In this document: positions 1-8,711 of the stretch, piece after piece
How the letters are laid out: each line of letters begins with the position of its first letter
Position numbering within the stretch: the first letter of the stretch is position 1
Source of the DNA: an uncultured Chloroflexia bacterium
Lineage (GTDB): Bacteria > Chloroflexota > Limnocylindria > Limnocylindrales > CSP1-4
Length of the DNA stretch: 64,000 nucleotides
Direction of reading: 5' to 3'
NCBI GenBank assembly: GCA_963752475.1
Contig: CAVVYR010000008.1
Location: 64,001 to 128,000, forward strand
Translations under genes and position numbers: made by a program
Notes under the pieces: generated by a model
What the model was told of the DNA's origin: nothing
Databases searched by the model: none
The model's input: only the letters and a program-made list of their open reading frames with translations

Positions 1-453
1 GCTCGTGGCGGCCTCATCAGCAACCGTGTGTACCGCGAGCGCGCCACCAAGATGATCGACGCGCTGAGCATCAAGACCCCGACACCTGATACGGCCGTGC
101 GCTATCTCAGCGGCGGCAACCAGCAGAAGACCGTCATCGCCCGCTGGCTCTCGGCTGACACTCAGGTATTCGTGCTGGAGGAGCCGGGCCTGGGCGTCGA
201 CGTCGGGGCCAAGATCGAGATCTACACGCTCATCAATGAGATGGCTGCCGCCGGTTCGGCGGTCATCATCGTCGGCTCCGACATCCCCGAGCTGCTGGGC
301 GTCTGCGACCGCGTACTGGTGATGTATCGCGGCGAGATCGCCAAGGAGCTCATGTCGGCGGAGACGACACCTGACACCGTGCTCTACTGGTCGACCAGCG
401 GAGGATCGAAGACGGACGCAGCGGGCACCGACACGGCGCAGTTGGCCTCATGA
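1..453 (+). CDS. Sugar ABC transporter ATP-binding protein, C-terminal part (5' end outside window)
   Basis: LSGGNQQK signature, LEEPGLGVDVGAK, GSDIPELLGVCDRVLVM, typical of the second NBD of RbsA/MglA; frame open from window start. Confidence 0.93.
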   Translation, partial: ARGGLISNRVYRERATKMIDALSIKTPTPDTAVRYLSGGNQQKTVIARWLSADTQVFVLEEPGLGVDVGAKIEIYTLINEMAAAGSAVIIVGSDIPELLGVCDRVLVMYRGEIAKELMSAETTPDTVLYWSTSGGSKTDAAGTDTAQLAS

Positions 454-1454
454 GTGCGATCTCCAACGCCTTCACCGGCGACACGCCCTGGGCACGCGCT
501 CTCGACTTCCTGCTCCGCTACGGCGGGCTGCTGATCATCGCAGCCGTCTTCATCTACTTCACCATCATGTCGCCGGTCTTCCTGACCGGCGACAACCTGA
601 TGGCCATCCTGAAGCAGTCGGCGGTGCTGGCCGTCGCGGCGTTCGGTGCTTCCACGGTCATGATCGGCGGCGGCACCCACATCATCAAGGGTGGTATCGA
701 CCTCTCGGTCGGCGCCCAGCTGGGCCTGACCACGGCTGTCTACGCGCTCATGCTGACCAACGGCTGGAACCCGTTCGTGGCGATCGCCGTCGGTACCGCC
801 GCGGCCCTGCTCATCGGACTGGGCAACGGCATCGCGGTGGCGATGGTCGGTATCGTCCCGCTGCTGGCCACGCTGGCCATGCAGAACGTGGTCAACGGCA
901 CCGAGCTGCTCATCACCAACAACGTCAACGTGCCGGTGTCGTCGGACTTCATCGACTGGCTGGCCAATGGCGAGATCCTGTTCCTGCCGGTACCGGTGGT
1001 CATCCTCATCTTCGCCTTCGTCGGCTTCTACCTCTTCATCGAGCGGACACCCCTCGGAGTCCAGATCCGGGCCACCGGCGGCAACGCCGACGCGGCCATC
1101 CAGGCCGGCATCGCCATCCGGCGCAACGTCATCCTGACCTACGTGCTGGCCAGCCTGGCCGTGGCCATCGCTGCCATCATCATCGTCGGGCGCGTCTCCG
1201 GTAGCGTCCGAGGCATCGGTCCGTTGATGCTCCTGGACATCCTGCTGGCAGCGTATGTGAGCGCCATGTTCTCGCGCCGCTGGGTCATCAACATCCCCGG
1301 CACCCTCGTCGGTGCCATCTTCGTCGGCGCCCTCACGAACGGCTTCACGCTCGTGAACATCGCGACCTATTGGGTCCTCGCAGTGAAGGGTGTGCTCATC
1401 CTCATCGTGGTGGCAGCCACGTCGCTACAGCGGCAGCGGGAGACCAGGCGATGA
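450..1454 (+). CDS. Sugar ABC transporter permease (RbsC/BPD_transp_2 family)
   Basis: GGIDLSVG motif, multiple TM helices, ATGA overlap with the upstream ATPase. Confidence 0.92.
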   Translation: MSAISNAFTGDTPWARALDFLLRYGGLLIIAAVFIYFTIMSPVFLTGDNLMAILKQSAVLAVAAFGASTVMIGGGTHIIKGGIDLSVGAQLGLTTAVYALMLTNGWNPFVAIAVGTAAALLIGLGNGIAVAMVGIVPLLATLAMQNVVNGTELLITNNVNVPVSSDFIDWLANGEILFLPVPVVILIFAFVGFYLFIERTPLGVQIRATGGNADAAIQAGIAIRRNVILTYVLASLAVAIAAIIIVGRVSGSVRGIGPLMLLDILLAAYVSAMFSRRWVINIPGTLVGAIFVGALTNGFTLVNIATYWVLAVKGVLILIVVAATSLQRQRETRR

Positions 1455-2446
1455 CTGCCGGCGTCAGCGTCCAGTCGTCGGACACCCGCTCGGGTGCGGC
1501 CCGAACCGTCGCCTTCCTGCGGCGGTATGCCGTCTGGATCGCCTTCTTCCTCGTCGTCGCCTTCTTCGCGGTCTTCGCGGAACGCTTCGCGACCACCAAC
1601 AACGCCCTCAATATCGCCAGCCAGAGCGTCATCCTGATGTTCGTGGCCCTGGCCATGACGCTCGTGGTCACCGCCGGCGGCATCGATCTCTCCGTCGGCG
1701 TCTCCTTCGACTTCGCCGCGCTGGCGGGCGTGAGCCTGCTGGTCGCCGACGTGCCCTGGCCGCTGGCCATCGCCGTGGGGCTCGGATTCGGCACCCTCGT
1801 CGGCGTCTTCAACGCCGGCATGATCGTGAAGGTTGGGATCAGCCCGTTCCTCGCGACCCTGGCCATGCTCTTCATCGGCGAGAGCGTGCAGCGCATCTAC
1901 ACCACCGGTGGTGCGCCGATCTACGTGGCCGTGATGGAGCCCGCCTACCGCTACATCGGCGGCGGCAAGATCATCGACAACGTGCCGTTCTCGCTGGTCC
2001 TGGCACTGATCCTCATCGTGGTCATGTTCGTGCTCATCGAGCGCATGGTCCACGGCCGCCGATGGCGCGCCATCGGCGCTCAGCCTGAGGCGGCGCGCAT
2101 CGCCGGCATCATGGTCCACCGCTACCAGGCCGCGACGTACATCATCGGAGCCTTCATCTGCTCCGCTGCCGGCATCATCCTCAGCTCATCGTTGAGCTCC
2201 TACGTCCCGGTCTCGGGTGGTGCATACCTGATGGACGCCATCGGCGCGACCTTCATCGGCACGGCCATCGACGAGGAGGGCCGACCGAACGTGCTGGGCA
2301 CGGTCCTGGGCGTGCTCTTCCTGGGCGTCCTCGCCAACGGCTTGAACCTCATCGGCATCAACTTCTACTGGCAGGCTGTGGCCAAGGGCGTGCTCATCTT
2401 CGGGGCCCTTGCTCTCGGCGTCCTCAACCGCCGCCGACAGTCCTGA
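1451..2446 (+). CDS. Sugar ABC transporter permease (RbsC family)
   Basis: GGIDLSVG, PFLATLAM, AIGAQPEAARIAGI; ATG at 1451 overlaps the previous stop. Confidence 0.92.
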   Translation: MTAGVSVQSSDTRSGAARTVAFLRRYAVWIAFFLVVAFFAVFAERFATTNNALNIASQSVILMFVALAMTLVVTAGGIDLSVGVSFDFAALAGVSLLVADVPWPLAIAVGLGFGTLVGVFNAGMIVKVGISPFLATLAMLFIGESVQRIYTTGGAPIYVAVMEPAYRYIGGGKIIDNVPFSLVLALILIVVMFVLIERMVHGRRWRAIGAQPEAARIAGIMVHRYQAATYIIGAFICSAAGIILSSSLSSYVPVSGGAYLMDAIGATFIGTAIDEEGRPNVLGTVLGVLFLGVLANGLNLIGINFYWQAVAKGVLIFGALALGVLNRRRQS

Positions 2447-2447
2447 G

Positions 2448-3459
2448 ATGTCCACCGGTCTCCGACCTCCCCGGGGGCTGCCGAGTTCCGGTCGCCTTGC
2501 CGCATGGCTGAAGCGGCCGGAACTCGTTCTCATCGTGGTGCTGCTGCTCGCGGGTGCCTTACTGCGGCCGGTCGCCGCACTCTGGTCCGAACCCATCGCG
2601 GTGGCGCCCCAGTACGGACGCTCGGCCATGACGCTTTGGGAGGTGCTGCCGGAGCCGGGCTACCTGGTGCCGGTCAGTCGACGCACCCCCGAAGTAGAGG
2701 TCTCACCCGAGAACGCGGTACGCCAGTTGCTGGCTGGCCCGGTCGCCGGCCCCGACCTCGAGGCTCCCTTCGCAGACGGGACCGAGCTGTTGGCGTTCGA
2801 GCTGGATGAGGAGCACGCTCGAGTGGCACTGTCGCCGACAGCACTCGAGACCGACGACTTCCAGCGCGCGATCGACGCGCTGGTGCTGACACTGACCGAG
2901 TTCCCTGAGGTCACGGTCGGTCTCTGTCGCGGTCGACCAGACCCACGCTGACGACCTCGAGCGCCCGACCGTCAACCCTGAGTCCGAGACCGCCGCCGAG
3001 GGCGGTACCTTGCTGTACTTCGCCTACCAGGGCGAGGATCGCTACCTAGTGCCGGTCACGCGCGAGTCCAAGTCCGATGGACCGGGGCCGGCGGCGGTCA
3101 TGGACGAGTTCCTGACCGGCCCGCAGGCCGGCAGCGGCCTCGAGCCGGTCGTGCCTTCGGACGTGCGCGTGCGAGAGGTGCGGTTCGAGAACGGCCTGGC
3201 TACGGTCGACTTCAACGCCAACCTCGTCTATGCCTACCGCCTCTCGAAGGCCAACTCGCTGTTCGTGCGCCGGGCGGTGATGGCCACGCTCACCGATCTG
3301 CCCGAGGTCGATGCCGGACTCATCGAGATCGACGGCTCGCGCCTGCTGCTATACACCTGCGTCAACGTGACCCAGGAGTTCCCACAGGCACGCCCGTGGG
3401 CCATCAACGACGAGTTCTACCTTGAGACCCTGCCCCTCCCGGAGGCCACGGCCGCATGA
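2448..3459 (+). CDS. Membrane-anchored protein with two GerMN domains; frameshifted near 2916
   Basis: N-terminal TM; YLVPVSR..QLLAGP..LVLTLTEFPEV and YLVPVTR..EFLTGP..ATVDFN..ATLTDLPEV repeats; removing one G near 2916 joins ORFs 2409-2951 and 3010-3459. Confidence 0.75.
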
Positions 3460-4620
3460 CCGCCGGAACGCCCGAGGTCGCCTACTTCGACAACGCGGCC
3501 ACCAGCTGGCCCAAGCCGCCAGGCGTCGCAGCCGCCATACAGCGGTACCTGCGATTCCGTCGGCGGCAGCCCGGGGCGTGCGGGACACCGCCTGGCGGTC
3601 GAGGCCGGTCGCGCGGTCTACGAGGCGCGCGAGGCCCTCGCCGAGCTCGTCGGGGGGAGCGACCCGGAGTCGGTCATCCTGCTCAAGAACGCCACTGAGG
3701 CCTTGAACCTGGCCATCCTTGGGACCATCGACCGAGGCGACCGGGTGCTCGTCAGCGCCCTCGAGCACAACTCTGTCATGCGGCCGCTGCGCCACCTGGA
3801 GGCCACGCTCGAGGTCACGGTCGAGGTCGTCAAGTGTGGACCGGACGGCACCATCGACCCGGCCTGCCTGGCGCGTGCGCTCAAGGAACCGGCCCGCCTG
3901 GTGGCCGTCAACCACGCCTCCAACGTGACCGGCGCCCTGGCGCCGATCGAGCGGGTCTCGGACATCGCGCATGCCGCCGGCGCCAGCCTCCTCGTCGATG
4001 CCGCGCAGACCGCCGGGGCCTACCCCATCGACGTGGCCGCCATGGGCATCGACTACCTCGCGTTCACCGGGCACAAGAGCCTCTTCGGGCCTCAGGGCAC
4101 CGGCGGTCTGGTCATCGAGTGCCGAGCCGCCGCGCCCGCTGATGTTCGGTGGAACCGGCAGCAACTCCGAGAAGGAACTGCCAGCCCGAGCTCTACCCCG
4201 ACCGGCTGGAGAGCGGGACGCTCAACGGCGTCGGGCTTCGCGGGCCTGGCCGCCGGTCTCGAGTACATCGACGAGCAGTCGGTGGAGGCCATCGGTCGCC
4301 GTGCTCGCGCCCGCCTCGGCCGACTGCTCGAGGGCCTGGCGTCGACGAACGGGGTGCGGGTCCATGGCCCGGCTGATCCGGAGCGACAGATCGGCGTCGT
4401 CTCGATCACCTTCGACGGGTCGCTCGCCGGCAGAGGCCGGCTTACTGCTGGACGACGACTTCGGGGTACTGACCCGCGTAGGGCTCCACTGCTCGCCGGC
4501 AGCCCACCGCACGCATCGGCACGTTCCCCGAGGGCACCGTCCGCCTGAGCATCAGCGACATGACCACGGATCGAGCAGGTCGAGCAGGCCATCGCGGCCG
4601 TCCGTGAGCTGGCCCGCTGA
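3456..4620 (+). CDS. Cysteine desulfurase / selenocysteine lyase-like aminotransferase class V; about 7 single-base insertions
   Basis: YFDNAATSWPKP, NATEALN, EHNSVMRP, VDAAQTAG, FTGHKSLFGPQGTGG, RVGLHCSPAAH spread over three frames; stop TGA at 4618-4620. Confidence 0.88.
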
Positions 4621-4639
4621 GCGATGGCCGGCAGCGGCC

Positions 4640-4904
4640 ATGACGCCACCTTCGAAGGCCGTCGTCACGTTCGAGGGCACGATGCAGGCGCTTCGAGCCG
4701 AGAAGCGGGTCAAGGCCGCCGGGGTCAGCTGCCGCCTCGTGCCCACACCTCGTGAGCTGAGCTCCACCTGCGCACTGGCCCTCTCGTTCGCGCGGGCAGA
4801 CCGCGGTCGTCGTGGGAGCCACGCTCGTGGCTGACGGCTGGCGCGTGGAGGCCGCCTACATGTACCCGCCTGGCGGAGGTGCCCCTGAGACATGGGCGCC
4901 ATGA
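4640..4904 (+). CDS. DUF3343 family putative S/Se carrier protein; frameshifted near 4815
   Basis: VTFEGTMQALRAEKRVK..LVPTPRELSSTCALAL matches the DUF3343 pattern; corrected frame stops at 4902-4904, overlapping the next ATG. Confidence 0.75.
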
Positions 4905-5365
4905 GGGAGCGCTCGCTCCAGCCCTGGATGGCCGGCGTGATCATCGGCGTGGTGGCCGTGCTGGCCGGCACCATCGGCGCTGTCAACCCGCCCGACGCGT
5001 ACGGCTTCTGCACCACCTGCCACGGTCGCGACCTCATCCTCGGGCTGGTTCGACCGCTCAGCGGCGCCACCTTCGACCTGCCCACGCTCTGGCCGGTACT
5101 GACCGTGGTGGGCGTGGTCGGCGGTGCCTGGCTCGCTCGGCGCCTCGCGGCCGAGACCGCGCGACCCGACCGGCTGGACACGATCACCATCGTGACCCGC
5201 GTGATCCAGGGCTTCGTGGTCATGAGCTTCGCGCTGCTGGCGATGGGCTGCCCCATCCGCCTCACGATCAGCGCCGCCAACCTCGCGGTCCCGGCCTTCA
5301 TCGGCCTCGCCGGCGTGGCCCTCGGTATCTGGCTCGGCGTCCAGTACCTCAAGGTGCGAGCCTGA
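4901..5365 (+). CDS. YeeE/YedE sulfur/selenium transporter, N-terminal half
   Basis: GFCTTCHGRD and AMGCPIR motifs, hydrophobic helices. Confidence 0.78.
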   Translation: MRERSLQPWMAGVIIGVVAVLAGTIGAVNPPDAYGFCTTCHGRDLILGLVRPLSGATFDLPTLWPVLTVVGVVGGAWLARRLAAETARPDRLDTITIVTRVIQGFVVMSFALLAMGCPIRLTISAANLAVPAFIGLAGVALGIWLGVQYLKVRA

Positions 5366-5865
5366 TGGTGGAGCTCGGACTGGTCACGCTGATCGTCGGC
5401 CTCATCGCCGGCTTCGTAGGACAGCGCTCCCGCTTCTGCAGCGTGGGCGGCTTCCGGGACTTCCTCATCGCACGCGATACGACGCTGCTGCTGGGCGTGG
5501 TCGCGCTCTTCGCGGCCGCGTGGCTGACCTTTCCGCTCGTCGAGGCCTACGAGACGCTGACGGCACCGACCGTCGTAGAGCAGAGCGAGGGCCTCGGTGG
5601 TCTGGACCCGCTGGCGGTCGAGGACGACACCGATCTGCTCTCGGACGAGGGCGGCTGGCCGGGCATGACGCTGGCAGCGGTCATCTTCGTGGGTGGCATC
5701 GGCGTCGGCGCGGTTTCCACGGTCGCCGGTGGCTGCCCGTTCCGCGAGCACGTGCTGGCCGGCCAGGGTTCGCGCCAGGCCGTCTTCTACCTGATCGGTT
5801 TCTACATCGCAGCGCTGGCCTTCGGCTTCTGGAGCCCGACGGTCCTACGCTTCATCCTCGGCTAG
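5365..5865 (+). CDS. YeeE/YedE sulfur/selenium transporter, C-terminal half
   Basis: QRSRFCSVGGFRD and AGGCPFR motifs; TGATG coupling at 5363-5367. Confidence 0.82.
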   Translation: MVELGLVTLIVGLIAGFVGQRSRFCSVGGFRDFLIARDTTLLLGVVALFAAAWLTFPLVEAYETLTAPTVVEQSEGLGGLDPLAVEDDTDLLSDEGGWPGMTLAAVIFVGGIGVGAVSTVAGGCPFREHVLAGQGSRQAVFYLIGFYIAALAFGFWSPTVLRFILG

Positions 5866-5899
5866 GTGGCCGAGCTGGCTAGGCATGGGGAGGATTGAC

Positions 5900-7423
5900 G
5901 TGAGCACCCGACTGCTCGGGGTCGACGTCGGTACATCGCTGGTGAAGGCGGTCATCTTCGACGCCCACGGGGCGGAGCTCGGCCTGGGGTCGAGGAGCGT
6001 AGCTGTGGCAGCTCCTCACCCCGGCTGGGCAGAACAGGACATGGATACCGTTTGGGAGGCAGCGGCCGAGGCTATTCGGGCCGCGCTCTACGAGGCTGGT
6101 CCGGGTGAGATCGCGGCGGTGGCGGTCGCTGGTCAGGGCGACGGCGCCTGGATGATCGACGGGGACGGCCGACCCGTCCGTCCCGCCCCGCTCTGGAACG
6201 ACGGGCGTGCCGCCGAGACGATCGAGCGCTGGGAGCGCGAAGGGGCGCTGCGTGACCTCTACCGCCGAGGCGGGACCGTGCTCTGGACCGGGTCGCAGGC
6301 CGCACTGCTGTCGTGGTTCGTCGAGCACGAGTCAGCAGCCCTCGAGCGGACGACAGCCGTCTTCTGCAGCAAGGACTGGATCAGGTATCGCCTGACCGGC
6401 ACGATCGGCACGGACGAGACGGACGGCTCCATCCCCTTCATGGATCTGGCGGGGCGCAGCGTCAGCATCGAGCAGGCAGCCATCGTCGGCCTGGAGGGAT
6501 CGATCGAGTTCGTACCCGAGGTCAGTCGCTCGACCGACGTGGTCGGAGCGGTGACCCGAGAGGCCGCCGCCGCGACGGGGCTGACTGAGGGCACACCCGT
6601 CGTCGCTGGCGTGCTCGACGTGGCGGCGAATGCCATCGGAGTCGGAGCCATCGACGGCGGACAGGCCATGGTCATCCTCGGCACGACCGCGCTCGCCGCC
6701 GTCATCCTCGACGAACCGCGCTTCGAGCCGGCCGACGTGGGCGCCAGCGTCTGCCATGCGCCCGAGGGGCGCTGGATGCGCGCCCTTGGTTCGATGGCCG
6801 GCACGCCCAACCTGGACTGGTACCTCGAGGCCATGGGTGGCGGCATCATCGCGGACGCCGAGGCCATGGGCCGTGACCGCTTCGCGGTGCTGGAGGACGA
6901 GATCGCGGCCTCGCCGGTCGGAGCGAGTGGCGTGATCTATCACCCGTACCTGCGCGGCGAGCGCGTGCCCTTCATCGCACCCGATGCCCGCGGCGCGTTC
7001 TTCGGCCTGGGCATGGAGACCACCAGGGGCGATCTCGCACGAGCCGTGTCCGAGGGCGTGGCTTTCGCTATTCGCCACATGTTCGAAGCCGTCGGGGCGC
7101 CGGTCTCGCAGGTGCGGCTCTGCGGTGGCGGATCGAGCAGCCAGACCTGGTCGCAGATCCTCGCCGACGTCACCGGTGCGCGCATGATCGAGGCCGCCGG
7201 CAGCCAGTTCGGCGCCCTCGGCGCGGCCATCGTAGCCGGGATCGGCGTGGGGCTCTATCAGGACTACGAGACGGCTGTCGAGCGTTGTGTGCGGGTGCAG
7301 CGCACGCACGAGCCGGACCCTGAGCGGCAGGCGCGATACGACGAGCGTTTCGCCCTCTATACCGACCTCATCGATGCGGTCCGACCGCACTGGGGGCGCC
7401 TCACCGGCGCGAGCCCACCGTAG
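5900..7423 (+). CDS. FGGY-family carbohydrate kinase (L-xylulokinase/erythritol kinase-like)
   Basis: LGVDVGTS, GWAEQD, AGQGDG, PLWNDGR, PYLRGERVPF, CGGGSSS; GGAGG before GTG 5900. Confidence 0.9.
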   Translation: MSTRLLGVDVGTSLVKAVIFDAHGAELGLGSRSVAVAAPHPGWAEQDMDTVWEAAAEAIRAALYEAGPGEIAAVAVAGQGDGAWMIDGDGRPVRPAPLWNDGRAAETIERWEREGALRDLYRRGGTVLWTGSQAALLSWFVEHESAALERTTAVFCSKDWIRYRLTGTIGTDETDGSIPFMDLAGRSVSIEQAAIVGLEGSIEFVPEVSRSTDVVGAVTREAAAATGLTEGTPVVAGVLDVAANAIGVGAIDGGQAMVILGTTALAAVILDEPRFEPADVGASVCHAPEGRWMRALGSMAGTPNLDWYLEAMGGGIIADAEAMGRDRFAVLEDEIAASPVGASGVIYHPYLRGERVPFIAPDARGAFFGLGMETTRGDLARAVSEGVAFAIRHMFEAVGAPVSQVRLCGGGSSSQTWSQILADVTGARMIEAAGSQFGALGAAIVAGIGVGLYQDYETAVERCVRVQRTHEPDPERQARYDERFALYTDLIDAVRPHWGRLTGASPP

Positions 7424-7439
7424 GGCCTAGTCGGCGCGC

Positions 7440-7526
7440 CACGACTGCCCGCAGCGTGGTGATGGACGCATCGAGCTCGATAGAGATCGCCGGCAGGGCG
7501 GTATCGACGACGGTGTTGTCAGGCAG
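7440..7526 (-). pseudogene. Fragment of a DHA2/EmrB-type MFS transporter N-terminus
   Basis: Minus strand reads DNTVVDTALPAISIELDASITTLRAVV, resembling the MFS TM1 motif LDxTIVNVALPxI..LxAS...LQWVV; no continuation. Confidence 0.55.
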
Positions 7527-7616
7527 ATGGCATTGCCTCTTCTGTCCGCTCTACCCAATAGCCTTGCGCTGCTAGTCATACGATGTAAGGGCGCTTGGCG
7601 ATACGACGGAAGAACC

Positions 7617-7973
7617 ATGTCGCCCGCGATCATGCGCTACTTCGACACCGTCGGCGGTCTCTTCCGCCAGGGTGGCTTCTCGGTCGATCTCATGCACCAC
7701 GCCATGCATGCGCTGGGCAGTCGCGTGCTCGGCTTCAAGCAGGAGCTCTTCGACGACTCGAGCGGGGACGCGCCGGATATGGATGAGGCCTTCGTCAGGC
7801 ACGTTCAGGAGGGTTTTCCCAACATCGCGGCGACCGTGGAGGAGATCCAGCACCAGGAGGAGACGATCGTCGGCTCAGGCTGCGACGACGACGTCGAGTT
7901 CCGCTTCGCGCTCGACATCCTCCTCGACGGCCTGGAGCGCCGCCGCGACGCCGAACTGGAGGGCGCCGGCTAG
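7617..7973 (+). pseudogene. TetR-family regulator C-terminal domain only (HTH missing)
   Basis: GGFSVDLMHHAMHALGSRVLGF..GCDDDVEFRFALDILLDGLE is a TetR_C-like tail; upstream sequence has no HTH. Confidence 0.7.
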
Positions 7974-8377
7974 TTCGACCGCCAGACGTCGAGACCGACG
8001 TGTGGAGCCATGTGTTCGAAGTCGCGATCGGTCGTCAGCATCACGAGGTCATGGCGTAGACACATCTCTGCGAGCAAGGCGTCGACGGTTCCTGCCTGTA
8101 CCCCACGTCGTCGGCAGGTGGCCTGCAACTCTGCTGCCGCGATGTGGTCGCTGCGGTCGGGCATCAGCAGCGGGAGGGCGGCGAACCGGTCAAGGAGTCC
8201 GGCCCGCTGGCCACCGTCGCGCAGGCCCTGAAGGATCTCCTGCAGCACCAGCCCGGTGGTGAAGACGGCCTCACCGGTCTCAAGGGCGCGACTCAGTCGC
8301 TCGACGGTCGGGTCGGTCGATGACGATCGGCGTCGGAAGGCCAGCGACCACACGCTCGTGTCGACGAAGAAGTTCAC
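7970..8377 (-). CDS. vapC: PIN-domain toxin VapC
   Basis: FVDTSVW, VLQEILQG, VDALLA, LTTDRDF conserved acidic PIN motifs. Confidence 0.92.
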   Translation of the reverse strand: MNFFVDTSVWSLAFRRRSSSTDPTVERLSRALETGEAVFTTGLVLQEILQGLRDGGQRAGLLDRFAALPLLMPDRSDHIAAAELQATCRRRGVQAGTVDALLAEMCLRHDLVMLTTDRDFEHMAPHVGLDVWRSN

Positions 8378-8574
8378 GAGCGAGAGCGTTGCGCCTTGTA
8401 GTCGTACTGCTGATCCCAGTCGAGAGCGCCGAACAGTTCCGTCAGCCGACGCTGCTCGTGTCGAGCGACGTACTCCTCGAGGGCGCGACGGACTGCGGCT
8501 GTCTTGGTCCGTTCACCGCTGATCTCGACGGCCTTCTCAAGCAGCTCTTGCTCGATATCGAGGTTGGTCGCCAT
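8374..8574 (-). CDS. vapB: VapB-type antitoxin (RHH / DUF2191-like)
   Basis: MATNLDIEQELLEKA..TKTAAVRRALEEY; 66 aa; overlaps the vapC start. Confidence 0.88.
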   Translation of the reverse strand: MATNLDIEQELLEKAVEISGERTKTAAVRRALEEYVARHEQRRLTELFGALDWDQQYDYKAQRSRS

Positions 8575-8592
8575 GTGCGAATACTCGCACAT
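8573..8592. promoter_or_regulatory. Inverted repeat, probable VapBC autoregulatory operator
   Basis: ATGTGCGA-atac-TCGCACAT, perfect 8-bp arms abutting the antitoxin start codon. Confidence 0.65.
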
Positions 8593-8711
8593 ATCACCGC
8601 ACAAGTCCAGAACTCTGGCTGCCGTGGCCGTGGAGCCGGTCGCGTCCGAGCTAGCGCGCCACAAGCCCTATCCTGAGTCGGTCACACCGATCGACGACAG
8701 GGAGGGCCACC

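Noticed and set aside
3456-5865. Selenocysteine recoding or programmed frameshifting in the S/Se module
   Set aside because: All motif positions are Cys codons with no in-frame TGA; the breaks are many +1 insertions without slippery sites
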